Below the pieces are notes generated by a model, which was given only the letters and a program-made list of their open reading frames with translations, was not told the DNA's origin and made no database searches. Positions 12,305 through 41,238 of a stretch of DNA of 64,000 nt are shown here, in pieces. Source of the stretch: Mytilus edulis. Its lineage: Eukaryota. The DNA is taken from the NCBI RefSeq assembly GCF_963676685.1, contig NC_092345.1, forward strand, positions 94,054,001 to 94,118,000. The letters are read 5' to 3'. The position numbers were made by a program, and so were the translations under genes. Each line of letters begins with the position of its first letter. Position 1 is the stretch's first letter.

Positions 12305-13480
12305 ATTATACCAGGAAAGCACTATCTTGCTACCCTTATAGTTAGATATTGTCACGAGTTGGTCTTCCATCAAGGGAGACACTTCACCGAAGGTGCTGTA
12401 CGAAGCGCTGGATTTTGGATAGTTGGAGGAAAGCGAGTCATATCGTCTGTAATTTTTCAATGTTTCAAATGCCGCAAACTTCGAGCAAGAGTGCAAATTC
12501 AACAAATGTCAGACCTACCAGTAGACCGTCTCACGCCAGCTTCTCCGTTTACGTTCGTTGGCTTGGATGTATTTGGCCCTTGGAGTGTAGTAGCAAGACG
12601 AACAAGAGGAGGTTTATCTCATAATAAATGTTGGGCGGTTCTTTTCACCTGTTTGACCATACGAGCTATACATATAGAAGTGATTAATGACATGAGTTCT
12701 TCTTCGTTCATAAATGCGCTAAGGAGATTTATTGCTATTCGTGGACATGTCAAGGTATTTCGCTCAGACAATGGAACGAATTTTGTCGGATCAACAAATA
12801 GTTTGAAAATAGATGTCATAAATATTGAACATGGCCCAGTGAAAGATTTTCTGCTTACAAAGGGAAGTGTTTGGATTTTCAACCCGCCACACTCCTCACA
12901 CATGGGAGGAGTGTGGGAAAGGATGATAGGGACAACTAGAAGAATCTTGGATTCAATTATGTTGGAAACAAAAGCAAAGGATATAACCATAGAAGTTATA
13001 ACTACTCTGATGGCTGAAGTATGTAGCATTGTTAACGCTCGCCCGATTGTTTCAGTTTCAAGTGATCCCGAGTCTCCAGAAATCTTGTCACCATCAGCTC
13101 TATTGACTCACAAGACGGAATCGGCGGATGACTCCTTCAGCAACCTTGACATCACCGACATGTACAAGGCCCAATGGAAACGGGTTCAAGTGATGGCTGA
13201 AATGTTCTGGAATAAGTGGCGACGGGAGTATCTACAGACACTACAAACTAGGCGCAAATGGCAATCTGCTACTCCGAATCTTTCAGAAAACGATGTTGTC
13301 CTTCTTAAGGATAAAAGCGCCCATAGGAATGAATGGCCAGTCGGAATAGTAACGCACATCTTTCCGAGTGAAGATAAGATGGTAAGAAAAACTGAAGTTC
13401 GAATTATGAAGGATGGAAAACAAACGACTTACCTGCGTCCGATTACGGAATTGGTGTTACTGCATTCTGCATCTCAGTGA
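12305..13480 (+). pseudogene. pol: BEL integrase
   Basis: H..H / CFKC zinc finger, GLDVFGP, SDNGTNF, GGVWER DDE core, FWNKWRREYL C-terminal domain. Confidence 0.93.
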
Positions 13481-13572
13481 AACGTACATTTAGGCATAGG
13501 ATTAATGGACAAGTGTATATATTCTTTATCTTTTCTTTGAATAGTGATATCTGGGTGATATCAGAAGGGGAG

Positions 13573-14207
13573 TGTGCTGTCTCCGTTGTTAAACGTGCTG
13601 ACCGTACTGTGAATTACCTGAGCATTTGGAGTTGTCTCCCATTTACTTACTTTCGTTTTTGTTTACATCATGGACACCGCATGGAAATTTGTTGCTATAT
13701 GTCAGCACAGTGTAAGTAATATACGACATCATACATTTATTTGAACTTCTCTTATATGGACAACATCGGTCATATGCATAATCGGTATAAATTATGCTTC
13801 CAATGGACCAGGCAACCGAAATGCTACCGTTCAGCAGCCGACCTACTTTGAACCTACGAAAACTTACCACAAACTATTACCGGAGCATACTTACCTTATA
13901 AACAGTTCTACACATTGATTTATCATACTTACCTGAACTATTTACCTGATTTTTTGTGAAATATTGTGACACAGTGGAACTCTGTTGAAAAAACAATCTA
14001 TGGAACGCCAATTTAACACTAACAGTTTACAAAATATAGACATTTGCTTGATTGTGTGTTTTATAAATGAAAACGAGTATTTTATGTTTACTTATGATGT
14101 TCTTTTTATATTTTGTAGCTTTTTACCATAAAGTTTGAGGAATAAAGCATTTAAACTCAACTGGTTAGCTTACTGTTATTGCAAGCGACTTTGTGACAGA
14201 CAGTACA
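13573..14207 (+). repeat. BEL 3' LTR
   Basis: Follows the PPT; ends ...CAGTACA then TSD CTATT. Confidence 0.96.
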
Positions 14208-14869
14208 CTATTTTTTCTCGCCAACAAAAAACACATTAAAAATAACCTCGACTAGATTTAGGTATTTATAAGATCGTAAGGATTTGTATAGTAAGTTTAC
14301 TATACAAATCCTTGGTATTTATCACAACTTTTGCATCACTGACTGCGATAAACTTTAAATTATAAATTGAAAACACATAAAACGAAAGATTTAGATGTAG
14401 AGGAATGATTTATTTACGTGCTAAAATATCAAATATTCAAAAAAGAATTATGCAAGAATTATTTTCAAGTTAGAATAATTAATTCTAGAAGAGACATATA
14501 TATATGTCCCTTATTCAAGTCAAATCGGCATCTGGTTAAATATTTATTTGTTTGTAATTGGTCGAAATTATACACTAATAAATGCCTTTAAAAATGCGGT
14601 TAATCCCATAGTAAAATCCAACCCCAAATGTTTTAAAAATTAAACTAGGAAGATCATTTATATATTTTAAGAATGGTCTATATATATCATATCATATGTT
14701 ATTGGATGCCGAATTGACTTAAAATGGGTGCCGATTTCATCAGAGGGCTGTATAGCTAGTCAAGGTCGTTAAAAACTTCCATTTGTTGCAGATGCCGATT
14801 TTACTTTTTTTATTGGTGTTAATTTGATCAGGGGCCGATATGACTTAAGAAAAAACATCTTCATTGGTC

Positions 14870-15710
14870 GTAAGTAAGTAAGTAAGTAAGTAAATTTTAT
14901 TTAGAGTCGGCATATATATACATAATAACAGAGAAAACATGAGCTCTGGTGATCTCTTTAACCGACTATCACATAAAAACATGCAGCATCATGCAAATAC
15001 TACCAAATAAAACTAAAAAAACATGCAATATAATGAAAGCAACTCTATTGATTTGTGAGCCTCCAGAGTCAAAGTTCATGTGGCAAGTGCCTCTATGTGC
15101 ATTGAAACGGGGGAATCAGCAAATCACTTGGGATCATAAAATATAACAGACTAAAAGCATAAAAACAATAAATAAATAAATATAAGCACTAGCATTTAAT
15201 GGCAGATGTGTTAAAAAAATGCATAAAAAGCAGAGCAAAAGGCCATTATAAAAAGAAAGAAAGAAATTTCAGCTTTGAGACAGCACTGGGTGGAAACGAC
15301 ATGAACTGCAGTAACATTTTTGACCCCCACACCAGGAATTTATATAATTCCTAAACTGGTCAAAAGAAGTCATAAGTCTAGCCTCATTAGGAAGTGAGTT
15401 CCATACTTGTGCTGCCTCAAATCTAAAGGATCTTTTACCATAACTGGAGGTTCTAGGTCTAGGTACCTCAGCAGTGTTTACATACCTGAAATTATATGAA
15501 CTGTTTTTTATTACAACTAAATCTTGAATAAATAAAGGACATTTTTTTTAAATTATTTTAAAGGTCTCCAAGGCAATTGAGCGCATTCTACGAGTTTTTA
15601 ATGATGGAAGGTTCGAAATCTGCAGGAGTGTTTCGTATGAGCTCTGATGGTCTTCATAAATAAATCGAAGTGCTCTTTCTTGTATTTTTTCTATTATATT
15701 TCGTGTTACT
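14870..15710 (-). mobile_element. 5'-truncated CR1-group LINE (ORF2 C-terminus, 3'UTR, (TTAC)n tail)
   Basis: Minus-strand translation IEKIQERALRFIYEDHQSSYETLLQISNLPSLKTRRMRSIALETFKII*..YNFR..YGKRSFRFEAAQVWNSLP..CYCSSC; tetranucleotide tail at 14870-14893. Confidence 0.85.
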
Positions 15711-16001
15711 TTGGTACCAAATTTTGATTTATGAAGACTGTTTATTTTTTTTAGAATCAGAAATCATAAGAGAGATCATAAGATAAAAAAATAACAATAT
15801 TAATCTTTAATGTATAAATTAAATATAGATTAGAATTCCATCGCGGATAAAACATATCATGGTCGGAACAGTTTCACCTATTTTGTCTCCCCAACGTCTT
15901 TGTTTATAAATGGCTGACAAGAATTAGGGCATTGCACGCTTCTTTCCTTTCTCATCAGTTGAGTTCATATTGCATCCTTTTCCGTTTGAAAAACCAAAGA
16001 A

Positions 16002-33193
<17,192 letters not shown>

Positions 33194-34408
33194 TGATATA
33201 GTAGCTAGGTTATAATTAATTTATGAGTACAGATCTTGATTTGATTACAAGAAAGGTTTTTGTGTGAAGTTCTAGGCATGTCTGTTTAAACCAATGATTG
33301 GTAGGGTGAAAGTATATCCCACAGAAGTAGATGTAAAGATTTAACAACAACAAATCTGATTATCCAAAAATAATGGTTATTTATTTGTTAAGGTTACCTT
33401 AGGAAGTGTATTAAGATATCCAGTTGTTTTATGATGTCAGTAGATAAACATTGGGACTAAGCATATTATAATGTCAAAGCTTATAAGTCTTAATTGAAGG
33501 ATGTAACAAAATAAAGCAAAAGTTATTTATAGAAAAAATTTATATGGAGAAATGAGTACACTGGTAAAAAATCTAGTTCATGTACATGGTCTGGATTAAG
33601 TAAAAGAGTGTACAGTGTACCCCTTCAAGTCCTACAGTACACAGACTTATTGTACCACATCTTTTTGTATCATAATACAATGTTACTGTTTCCAGTTTTA
33701 CTTATAAAAGAGTAGGAACAAACACTAATAAGATTTAGATATCAGGTTTTAATACCATGTATTAAAATATATCATTGCTTTACAGTGTTGGAATACACAT
33801 TTTGACTTGTTTTTTTAGTATTATTATTTTGGCTTTGATGTTTGATATGTATACATTAAAGTCTTCATCTTAGTCCACATTCAGTTTTCAATAAAGTTTT
33901 CAATTAATAGCACTGTAAAGAAAAGCTAATGTAAAAATAGATATTGTCTGTATTTAATGATTGGAAATTGTTATCCTGTCTTTTGAAAATTTATCTCACT
34001 TGAGGTACCTGGATCTACAATTTTTGCTAGTTTGGAATTTGTTTAGCATTGAAAATTGTTTTTCTTTAATTTTAAAGATATAAAAATCTGTACTTTTTAA
34101 GATTTTGATCTATTTATTGGGGTATCGTGAAGATCAGCATCAATTGTATGTCTTTCTTTTGTATTTTATGGTCTTGCATTTATTTGTACATAACATAAGT
34201 TGCAGGGAGTATTGTGTATTTATTTATTTATTTATTATGATTTAGTATCTTTTTAGTCTTGTTAATACTTTCTGTGATATACTGATAATTTCTTATCTAT
34301 ACGTTAGTTTTTAGTGTAAAGGTATTCACACACAGATGCAAAATATGTAGGTGATGTCAATTTTATGTAAAACACAAGAAATAAATTAAGACTGATATAG
34401 GACTAACA

Positions 34409-35644
34409 CAAGGCTTCCAAAACGGTCATATATTCCGGACAATTGTATAATGTCCTGTAAAAGTCCGGCTGGGCAAAGCATGAAACGGTCATCTACTTTT
34501 TCGTTTTCAAGGCTTTTTCGGTCATTTTAACATAATTCACGATCTTTTTGGTCCAGCCTTTTGCCATAATAACACCCACACATTTCCGGTCATAAAAGTG
34601 ACATGATGATTAATTACTATCAAAACAACCCCTACTTCAATACTTTTTAATTCTAATCAAGGCTAATTAGTTGTTGGACAGCTGCAAATCTACCTGTTCA
34701 GGTGACAGGTAAACTATTTTCAGTACCGGACATCGTATAAATTAATCGGTCTATTTACAATTATTTTCATACATTTCAGCGGTTTGTATCTAATTATACC
34801 CCCGCTTTAAAAAAAAGGGAGGTATACTGTTTTACCTCTGTCTGTCCTTCCGTCAGTCCGTCTGTCCCATGAATATTTTTCGTCGCATTTTTCTCAGGAA
34901 CTACAATACAAGGATTTCTGAAATTTGGTTTCAGGGTTTATCTAAGTCAGCTATACCGTGTGATGCGTTTTCAGATTGATCACTTGACAGCTTCCTGTTT
35001 ACCGAACACTTGTATGATTTTACACATGATAGCCAAGTTGAAATTTTTCATCACATTTTTCTCAGGAACTACAATACAAGGATTTCTGAAATTTGGTTTC
35101 AGGATTTATATAAGTCAGCTATACCGTGTGATGCGTTTTCAGATTCATCACTCAACAACTTCCTGTTTACCGAACACTTGCATATTTTTACACTATTAAT
35201 ATTATCCACTTGCGGAGGGATAGAAGGTTTTAAGTACTGGTGTAAAATTGCGCGAAACGTAGTAAACATATTCAGATTTTACATATCCGTTTATGGTTCA
35301 TGTTTTACCATTGTCATGTCAACATCCGGTTTTGAAAAATGTGACTTTAAAAACGAAAGTAAAGTTTTTGACAACGTCATTTTGCACAAATAAAGATTCT
35401 AAGGTAGATATGAGCACGCTGATGTGCACACTTTGAATGATGCACTGCCAATTTTAACAGTTTACGTTAGAACATCAAATTCATATCAAAGTAAAGTTTA
35501 ATATCGTTTATTTTTTAAACCTATGTCAATCATTGGGATGGCCATCTGATGAGCATAATTGCCTTTCGTGACTTAATCTTAGGGATTAAAATCGGGATCA
35601 GATATAAAATGTCCGGCTGGCTCAAAATAATTTTGGAAGCCCTG
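34409..35644. mobile_element. Non-autonomous hAT-like DNA transposon containing a nested HINE
   Basis: TIRs CAAGGCTTCCAAAA / TTTTGGAAGCCCTG; near-8-bp TSD GACTAACA / GACTAAAC. Confidence 0.7.
34795..35222 (+). mobile_element. Helentron-like HINE with two ~168-bp internal repeats
   Basis: TTATACCCCCGC..GGGAGGTATAC 5' hairpin, (GTCT/GTCC)n microsatellite, duplicated CTCAGGAACTACAATACAAGGATTTCTGAAATTTGG block. Confidence 0.75.
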
Positions 35645-35667
35645 GACTAAACAAGAATTCTGTAGTG

Positions 35668-36796
35668 TTACTGTGCTTATCCAGTGACCTTTGGGGTATC
35701 ACAATAGCAATGGCTCAAACAGTTTACCAAATTGCAGTTAGATTTCTTCTCCAACTAACTGATCAACTGGTAAAATATTTTAGCAGATTGCTCAAGTGAA
35801 ATGTTGTTAGTATGAAGTGAGTGCTGTAAAATCAAAAGTAATACTTACCATCCAGATCCAGTTAGTTGATATCTTTGTCATTTGTTTCAAACACAAAAAT
35901 GACTTACTATAGTGTGAGTCACTGAATAAGAAGGTCTAATTTTGACATGGAAACTTCTATCATAAATAGATTTTATAAATAAATAGTTGAAAACATTGTT
36001 TTGTAAGTCTGTAATTTATAGCTTCGTTTTCCAACAACAAGTTAGTGCATAATTGTAATTTGGATTTTTTTTTCTAAAGCAATTGCTTATCTGTTACCAT
36101 TAAAGGGAAATAATTTACATTACTGAAAATCAGCAAAATGTTGTCACAATTTTTGTCTGACAAATATCAACTTTCCTCATTTAATTTGTTTGTAACATTA
36201 TTTTTATGATTATTAAACTTTTATCCTCTGTTTTGAAAAGAAACAATGAAATTTATTTTTAAGATGATTAAAATTTGAAAAAAATTGTAGGCAATATCAG
36301 AAGCCAGGTATCATTGATTAATTTTTTAGTGTACAATAACTCAATAAAAATTATTTCCCTTTAATGCCAGCAGATCAGTAATTTGTATAGAAAACATTAT
36401 ACGAATCATAATTACACAATAACTTTGTCTTAGAAGACAAAGCTATAAAATATACATCTACAAAACAATGGTTTGAACTATTTATTTATAAAATCTATAT
36501 ATGATAGAAGTTTCCATGTCAAAATTAGACCTTCTTATTCGGTGACTCATACTATAGTAAGTCATTTTTGTGTTTGAAACAAATGACAAATATATCAATT
36601 AACTGGATCTGGATGGTAAGTATTACTTTTCATTTCACAGCACTCACTTCATACTAACAACATTTCACTTGAGCAATCTGCTAAAATATTTTACCAGTTG
36701 ATCAGTTAGTTGGAGAAGAAATCTAACTGCAATTTGGTAAACTGTTTAAGCCAATGCTATTGTGATACCCCAAAGGTCACTGGATAAGCACTGTAA
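35668..36796. repeat. Long inverted repeat (arms 35668-36116 and 36348-36796, ~231-bp spacer)
   Basis: Manual alignment: outer 338 bp with ~12 mismatches, inner 111 bp with ~29 mismatches, no gaps. Confidence 0.95.
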
Positions 36797-37379
36797 TGAA
36801 AAATTGTAATGTCAGTAATAATCTTGTAAAATATTTTATGATTTGATTTTTTTTATCTTGACAGAATCATTTTTACATATTGGACAAACAGCATTGACAC
36901 AAGAGCGTGACTGTGATATTTAAAAAAATCAATACTTGTTGTAGGGTAGCTATCTTGTCTAATTTTATAGTATATTTTTATATTCACAAAATGAATAAAA
37001 TGTAGTACAAGCATATTTGACTTTACTTGTTTCTTATTTTAGTTTTGAAGTAAATTGGAATATGGTGCAATGAAACAAAAAAGCCATTCCCTTTTTTGAG
37101 TACATTCAGAACTCTTCCATTCTCATAAGGGATATTTAAATCGTATTGAGGGTAACAAATTAGTAGTAAAGAGCCATTAATTTTCCCATAGTTTCAGGAG
37201 AATATTTATTTCATGAACTATGTTACAGTAAGTGCAGACTATTATTATACTTAACATATAAAAAAAACCCACTGACAACCAACTATTTAAAAAAAAGTTG
37301 TTCCCCTTGGGTTAATTAATTATACAGAAAATTGCATTGCAAGCACTATCAAGCCTACATTTTTTGCATGTTTGTTACC

Positions 37380-37963
37380 AAAGGAGTAGGTCCATTAAGA
37401 CCCCTTTTTGGTCCCAAAATATAGCAGTTTTACAAAATTGTTAAAATGTAAACTTTTAGTTTTTTTATTGGAAAGTAGAATGCCTCTGCTACATAAATAT
37501 GGGCTGTTTTTTACAATACAATGCACATATATCGGCTACTAGCATCATTAAGTCATGCTAAATGACTGAAATCTACACAATTTTAGCATTTTAGTTAAAT
37601 TTTAGACGGTTTCCGTCTTAAATGAAAGTGGCCGCATTCGTGTTCATTCTTAATATTGAAATGTAAGTTGTATTTGATGATAATACACAACATATAAAAG
37701 GTTGAGGATGAACACGGATGCAGCCACTTCCATTTTGAACAAAAACCATCTGGAAAGTGATGTTTTTTGGCATATTTGAGAGATTTTTCATATTTAAGCT
37801 TGAATCGGAGCGTCTTTAATGACTAAATCAGTTAAAATCTTTCACAGAAACTTATTGAATCAACTGAAATAGACACTGAAGTGTTTAAAAAGTGTCCAAA
37901 ATCTTTCGTCAGATGGACTTGAAATTTGAGGCCAAAATCAGCCCTCACCGGACCTACTCCTTT
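37380..37963. mobile_element. MITE (Kolobok-like termini)
   Basis: TIRs AAAGGAGTAGGTCC / GGACCTACTCCTTT; internal inverted repeat ~37620-37650 / ~37706-37736; TSD degenerate. Confidence 0.7.
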
Positions 37964-38090
37964 ATATTGGAGTTAAATATCAGAATGTCTTGGACAATCA
38001 ACTGTTTTTAAGAGTTATTTCCCTTGGAAGCACTTGAATACTTACATTTTGAATGTTTGAATTTTTTAGATGTTTATATCAAAGGCTAAT

Positions 38091-38323
38091 AGGGGCCTTT
38101 GTGGCCAAATGGTCTTAGTAGTCAAACTACTGTATCACTAGCCTGTCAACATTGAGGTTTTGAGCAGGTGCACTGTACTCCCAATTTTAATTCATCTTAA
38201 TGTCAGTTTTCCCACCAAAGGTCAGTGGTTCTCTCTGGCTTCTTTCACCAATAAAAACTGATGGCCAAAATATAGCACAATAATGTTGAAAGTGGTGTTT
38301 AACACCAATCATTCAGTCAATCA
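38091..38323 (+). mobile_element. Degraded tRNA-derived SINE (V-domain-like)
   Basis: GGGGCC..GTGGCC..TGGTCT head; GGTCAGTGGTTCTCTC...CACCAATAAAAACTGA core; GAAAGTGGTGTTTAACACCAATCA tail. Confidence 0.55.
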
Positions 38324-38794
38324 AAGGCTTGTATCAGCACAATGTTGAAAATATGCCAAGGATTTATTCCCTTTGTAAATAATAGCAATCTCATGCTTAC
38401 GTTTCTTGCAAGATATTTATAAAATAGAATAGAGAATGGAAACTAGGAATGAGTTGAAGAGAGCAACCTCACCAAAGAGCAGAAAACAGGCCACAAAACA
38501 GTGAAAAACCTGCACATAGAAGCAGGCTTCAGCTGGCTCTCAAACAATAAGTTTAAAAAAATGTTTTTTTGTTTGTTATTGCCATTCAAGCAGCCTTTGA
38601 ACAGATCAAATGTGTGCAGCAGCATATATTAACAAGTGTTGACATGTTTGAACTTGTGTGGAAAGTCTGTAATATGAAGATTTCACTACAAGTATCACCT
38701 ATATCTAACTTGATTAACTATCCATGTAAATTAGGTCAAGGTAAGAGGAAGATCTCCAGACAGGCATGTATGTGACTTTACAATCATACAATAC

Positions 38795-39318
38795 CACTGT
38801 GTATCATCGGTACAGCCAATATAGGTACTAACCAAGCGGTTGTGATCGATTTTTCTTCTGACACAGTATGAAAATCTTTCTTTTGTTTACATAATATAAA
38901 TGTGTACTTCAGTCTAAACATTATTGTTGTTTAAGAAATGATTTGGTCGTAGGTTGGTGATTAGAGACGTCTCATTATTTTCCCAAAACAAGAACGTACT
39001 AAAAACATGTGCAAATACTTGTCAAAGAAGTTAGCACTCATCTCATTTGATATGATTCTATACTCATTGCAACTCTTTTTCTGATGGAAGGCCACTGTGT
39101 GTGTGTAATAAGTATAGCTGCTTCAGTAATTGGCATTAAAATCTTTCATACATATGTTATTTCCATAATTTATTCGGAAAAGAAGCATTGTGTAAGGTGT
39201 ATAGCTGACCACATAAATCCTTCTGTATGGTGCATAGTTAAATGAATGTACAGTATATAGTTTTTCAAGCTTTCAAGTACCTATTAAGCTATATCCGCTG
39301 TACCGATGATACACAGTG
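38795..39318. mobile_element. 524-bp Transib-like non-autonomous element
   Basis: Perfect 22-bp TIR CACTGTGTATCATCGGTACAGC; 5-bp flanks AATAC / CATAC (4/5 match). Confidence 0.78.
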
Positions 39319-39799
39319 CATACACCAAATATAGAAAGCCTGTTGTCTACTACATCTGAGAAAATACAAAACTTAAGATTGACAAATGAACCATTAAAAT
39401 AGGTCAAAGTCCGAAAAACCTGATAAAAGTATATACCATGCAATCATTCCACATACCAAATATAGTTGACTTTGGTTTATGTGCATATTCAACAAAGGAC
39501 AGCCTCCAACACTGTAGATAAGAATAGAATTCATGACAAAATCTCTGAATTTTTTATCTTGTTTGGTTTACGAACAATCCCAATTTTACATACCCTTTAA
39601 ATAGTTAACATCATGATGAACATATGTAACAAGTTGGGATAACTACAACTTCAGGGTAATGTACCTCATAGCCAAACACTGTACATTCAGAAATTGTTGA
39701 GTGCATTTTTGAAGAATGGACAAAATTATGAGATAAATTATTTGATTTGAATATTTGCATACATATGTATGAATCAGACATCATAATGCAAGTTATTGT

Positions 39800-40540
39800 T
39801 GCAATACTCATACAGTCGCATTCTCAGAGTATTGCAAGGAAATATGTTGTACTGGAACAAAATGCCAACTTGATCTATTACTTGTCATTGTGTGAACTAT
39901 TTAATAAATACCAATTTAATATATTCAAGCATGACCAAAAAAGGTTGAAAACTAATTACTTGAGTGAATTTTCAAAGTCAAAGACCATAAATCTGCAAAT
40001 AAATTTCTAAGTTAAAAGACCACAAAGTCACCAGACCGGAACAAAATTTGAACTAGATCTGTTACTTGTCAGGATAAAATTATTTACCAATTATTAAATC
40101 AATGTCTTCAAGCATAACAAAATTAGGAAACTGATTAATTGAGAGAATTTTCCAAGTCCAAGGACCATAACTCTGTTCAAAATCACCAGGCCGGAACAAA
40201 AATCTAACTTAATCTGTTACTTGTTATGATAAAACTATATACCAATTATTAAATCTTGTATCTTCAAGCATGACAAAAAAATGTGCGGAAAATTGATTAT
40301 TTGAGTGAATTTTTTAAGTCAAAGGGCCATAACTATGCACAAAATCATCAGACCTGAACATAATCTGCACTTGATCTGTAGCTTGTTATGATAAAACTAT
40401 TTACCAAATTTCAAATCAATATCTTAAATCGAGAAGAAAAAAATGGTCGAACACTGATTTCCTGGACTGACGGATGGAAAGATAGAAGGACAGAGTGCAA
40501 ACCTTCTGTTCCCTTTGACTTCATTGGAAGGGGACTAAAA
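39800..40540 (-). mobile_element. Degraded HINE-like element with ~170-bp tandem repeats
   Basis: Recurring GGAACAAAAT..AACTTGATCTG.TACTTGT.ATGATAAAACTAT blocks; terminal GTTCCCT..AGGGGACTAAAA hairpin; left boundary approximate. Confidence 0.6.
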
Positions 40541-41112
40541 ATCTCCCAATAATTTCTGAATTTACAGTATGTTTATAAAATATTCTTTCTACAATGAGTG
40601 TTATAAATTTCCAACTATCAGCAAACAGGCAGTAGCTACACAGCACAAGTAAAATTTAAGCTGCTACTTTAAGCTGCTTGGCAATAAATTAACAAGTCAA
40701 AGAAATGAATTTTTCTACTTTTATTGTCACAGAGCCAATGTCACAAACACCCTGTTACATCTAAAGCAGTAAGCTGGTTTTTGTTGAATATTTACTATGG
40801 CCTTTAACCTTCACAAAGTGTAAACATGTATATTATATAAGACATAATGACAAAACTTGAAATTTTGAACAATGCAAAAATGAGAATTCTGCCCGCATAA
40901 AACTGACTATCGAGTCCTTTTATCTGCTTTCTTTTTACCCATGAAAGCTCTTTACTATTAAAAAAGCAAATTTTAAACAGATCAATTAAAAACTATCATA
41001 TACACAATTTCATTCAAAAGCCTTTCACCAACTAACTACTTCAAAAACTGAACACAATAAGCATATGAAAGATTTGTTCTTTTATCACAGATTATATATG
41101 TTCTGTCAAAAT

Positions 41113-41238
41113 TTGCTGCGGAACTGTAGCTCTTAGTTCCTTATGATATATTTTGACCATTTGCAGACCATAGAGATCTATGGTCTGCAAATAGTCAAAA
41201 AAATATCAAAGGACCTTGGAGCTACAGTTCCGCAGCTA
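41113..41238. mobile_element. 126-bp palindromic MITE with 9-bp TSD
   Basis: T(T/A)GCTGCGGAACTGTAGCTC...GAGCTACAGTTCCGCAGCTA; TGTCAAAAT at 41104-41112 and 41239-41247. Confidence 0.88.

Larger units (their letters stand above)
5971..14207 (+). mobile_element. Full-length BEL/Pao LTR retrotransposon (disrupted)
   Basis: 635-bp TG...CA LTRs at 5971-6605 and 13573-14207; 5-bp TSD CTATT (5966-5970, 14208-14212); PPT AGAAGGGGAG at 13563-13572; gag-PR-RT-RH-IN order with BEL-type motifs. Confidence 0.97.

Noticed and set aside
8690-13029. Several minus-strand ORFs inside BEL pol
   Set aside because: Antisense shadows of a long coding frame.
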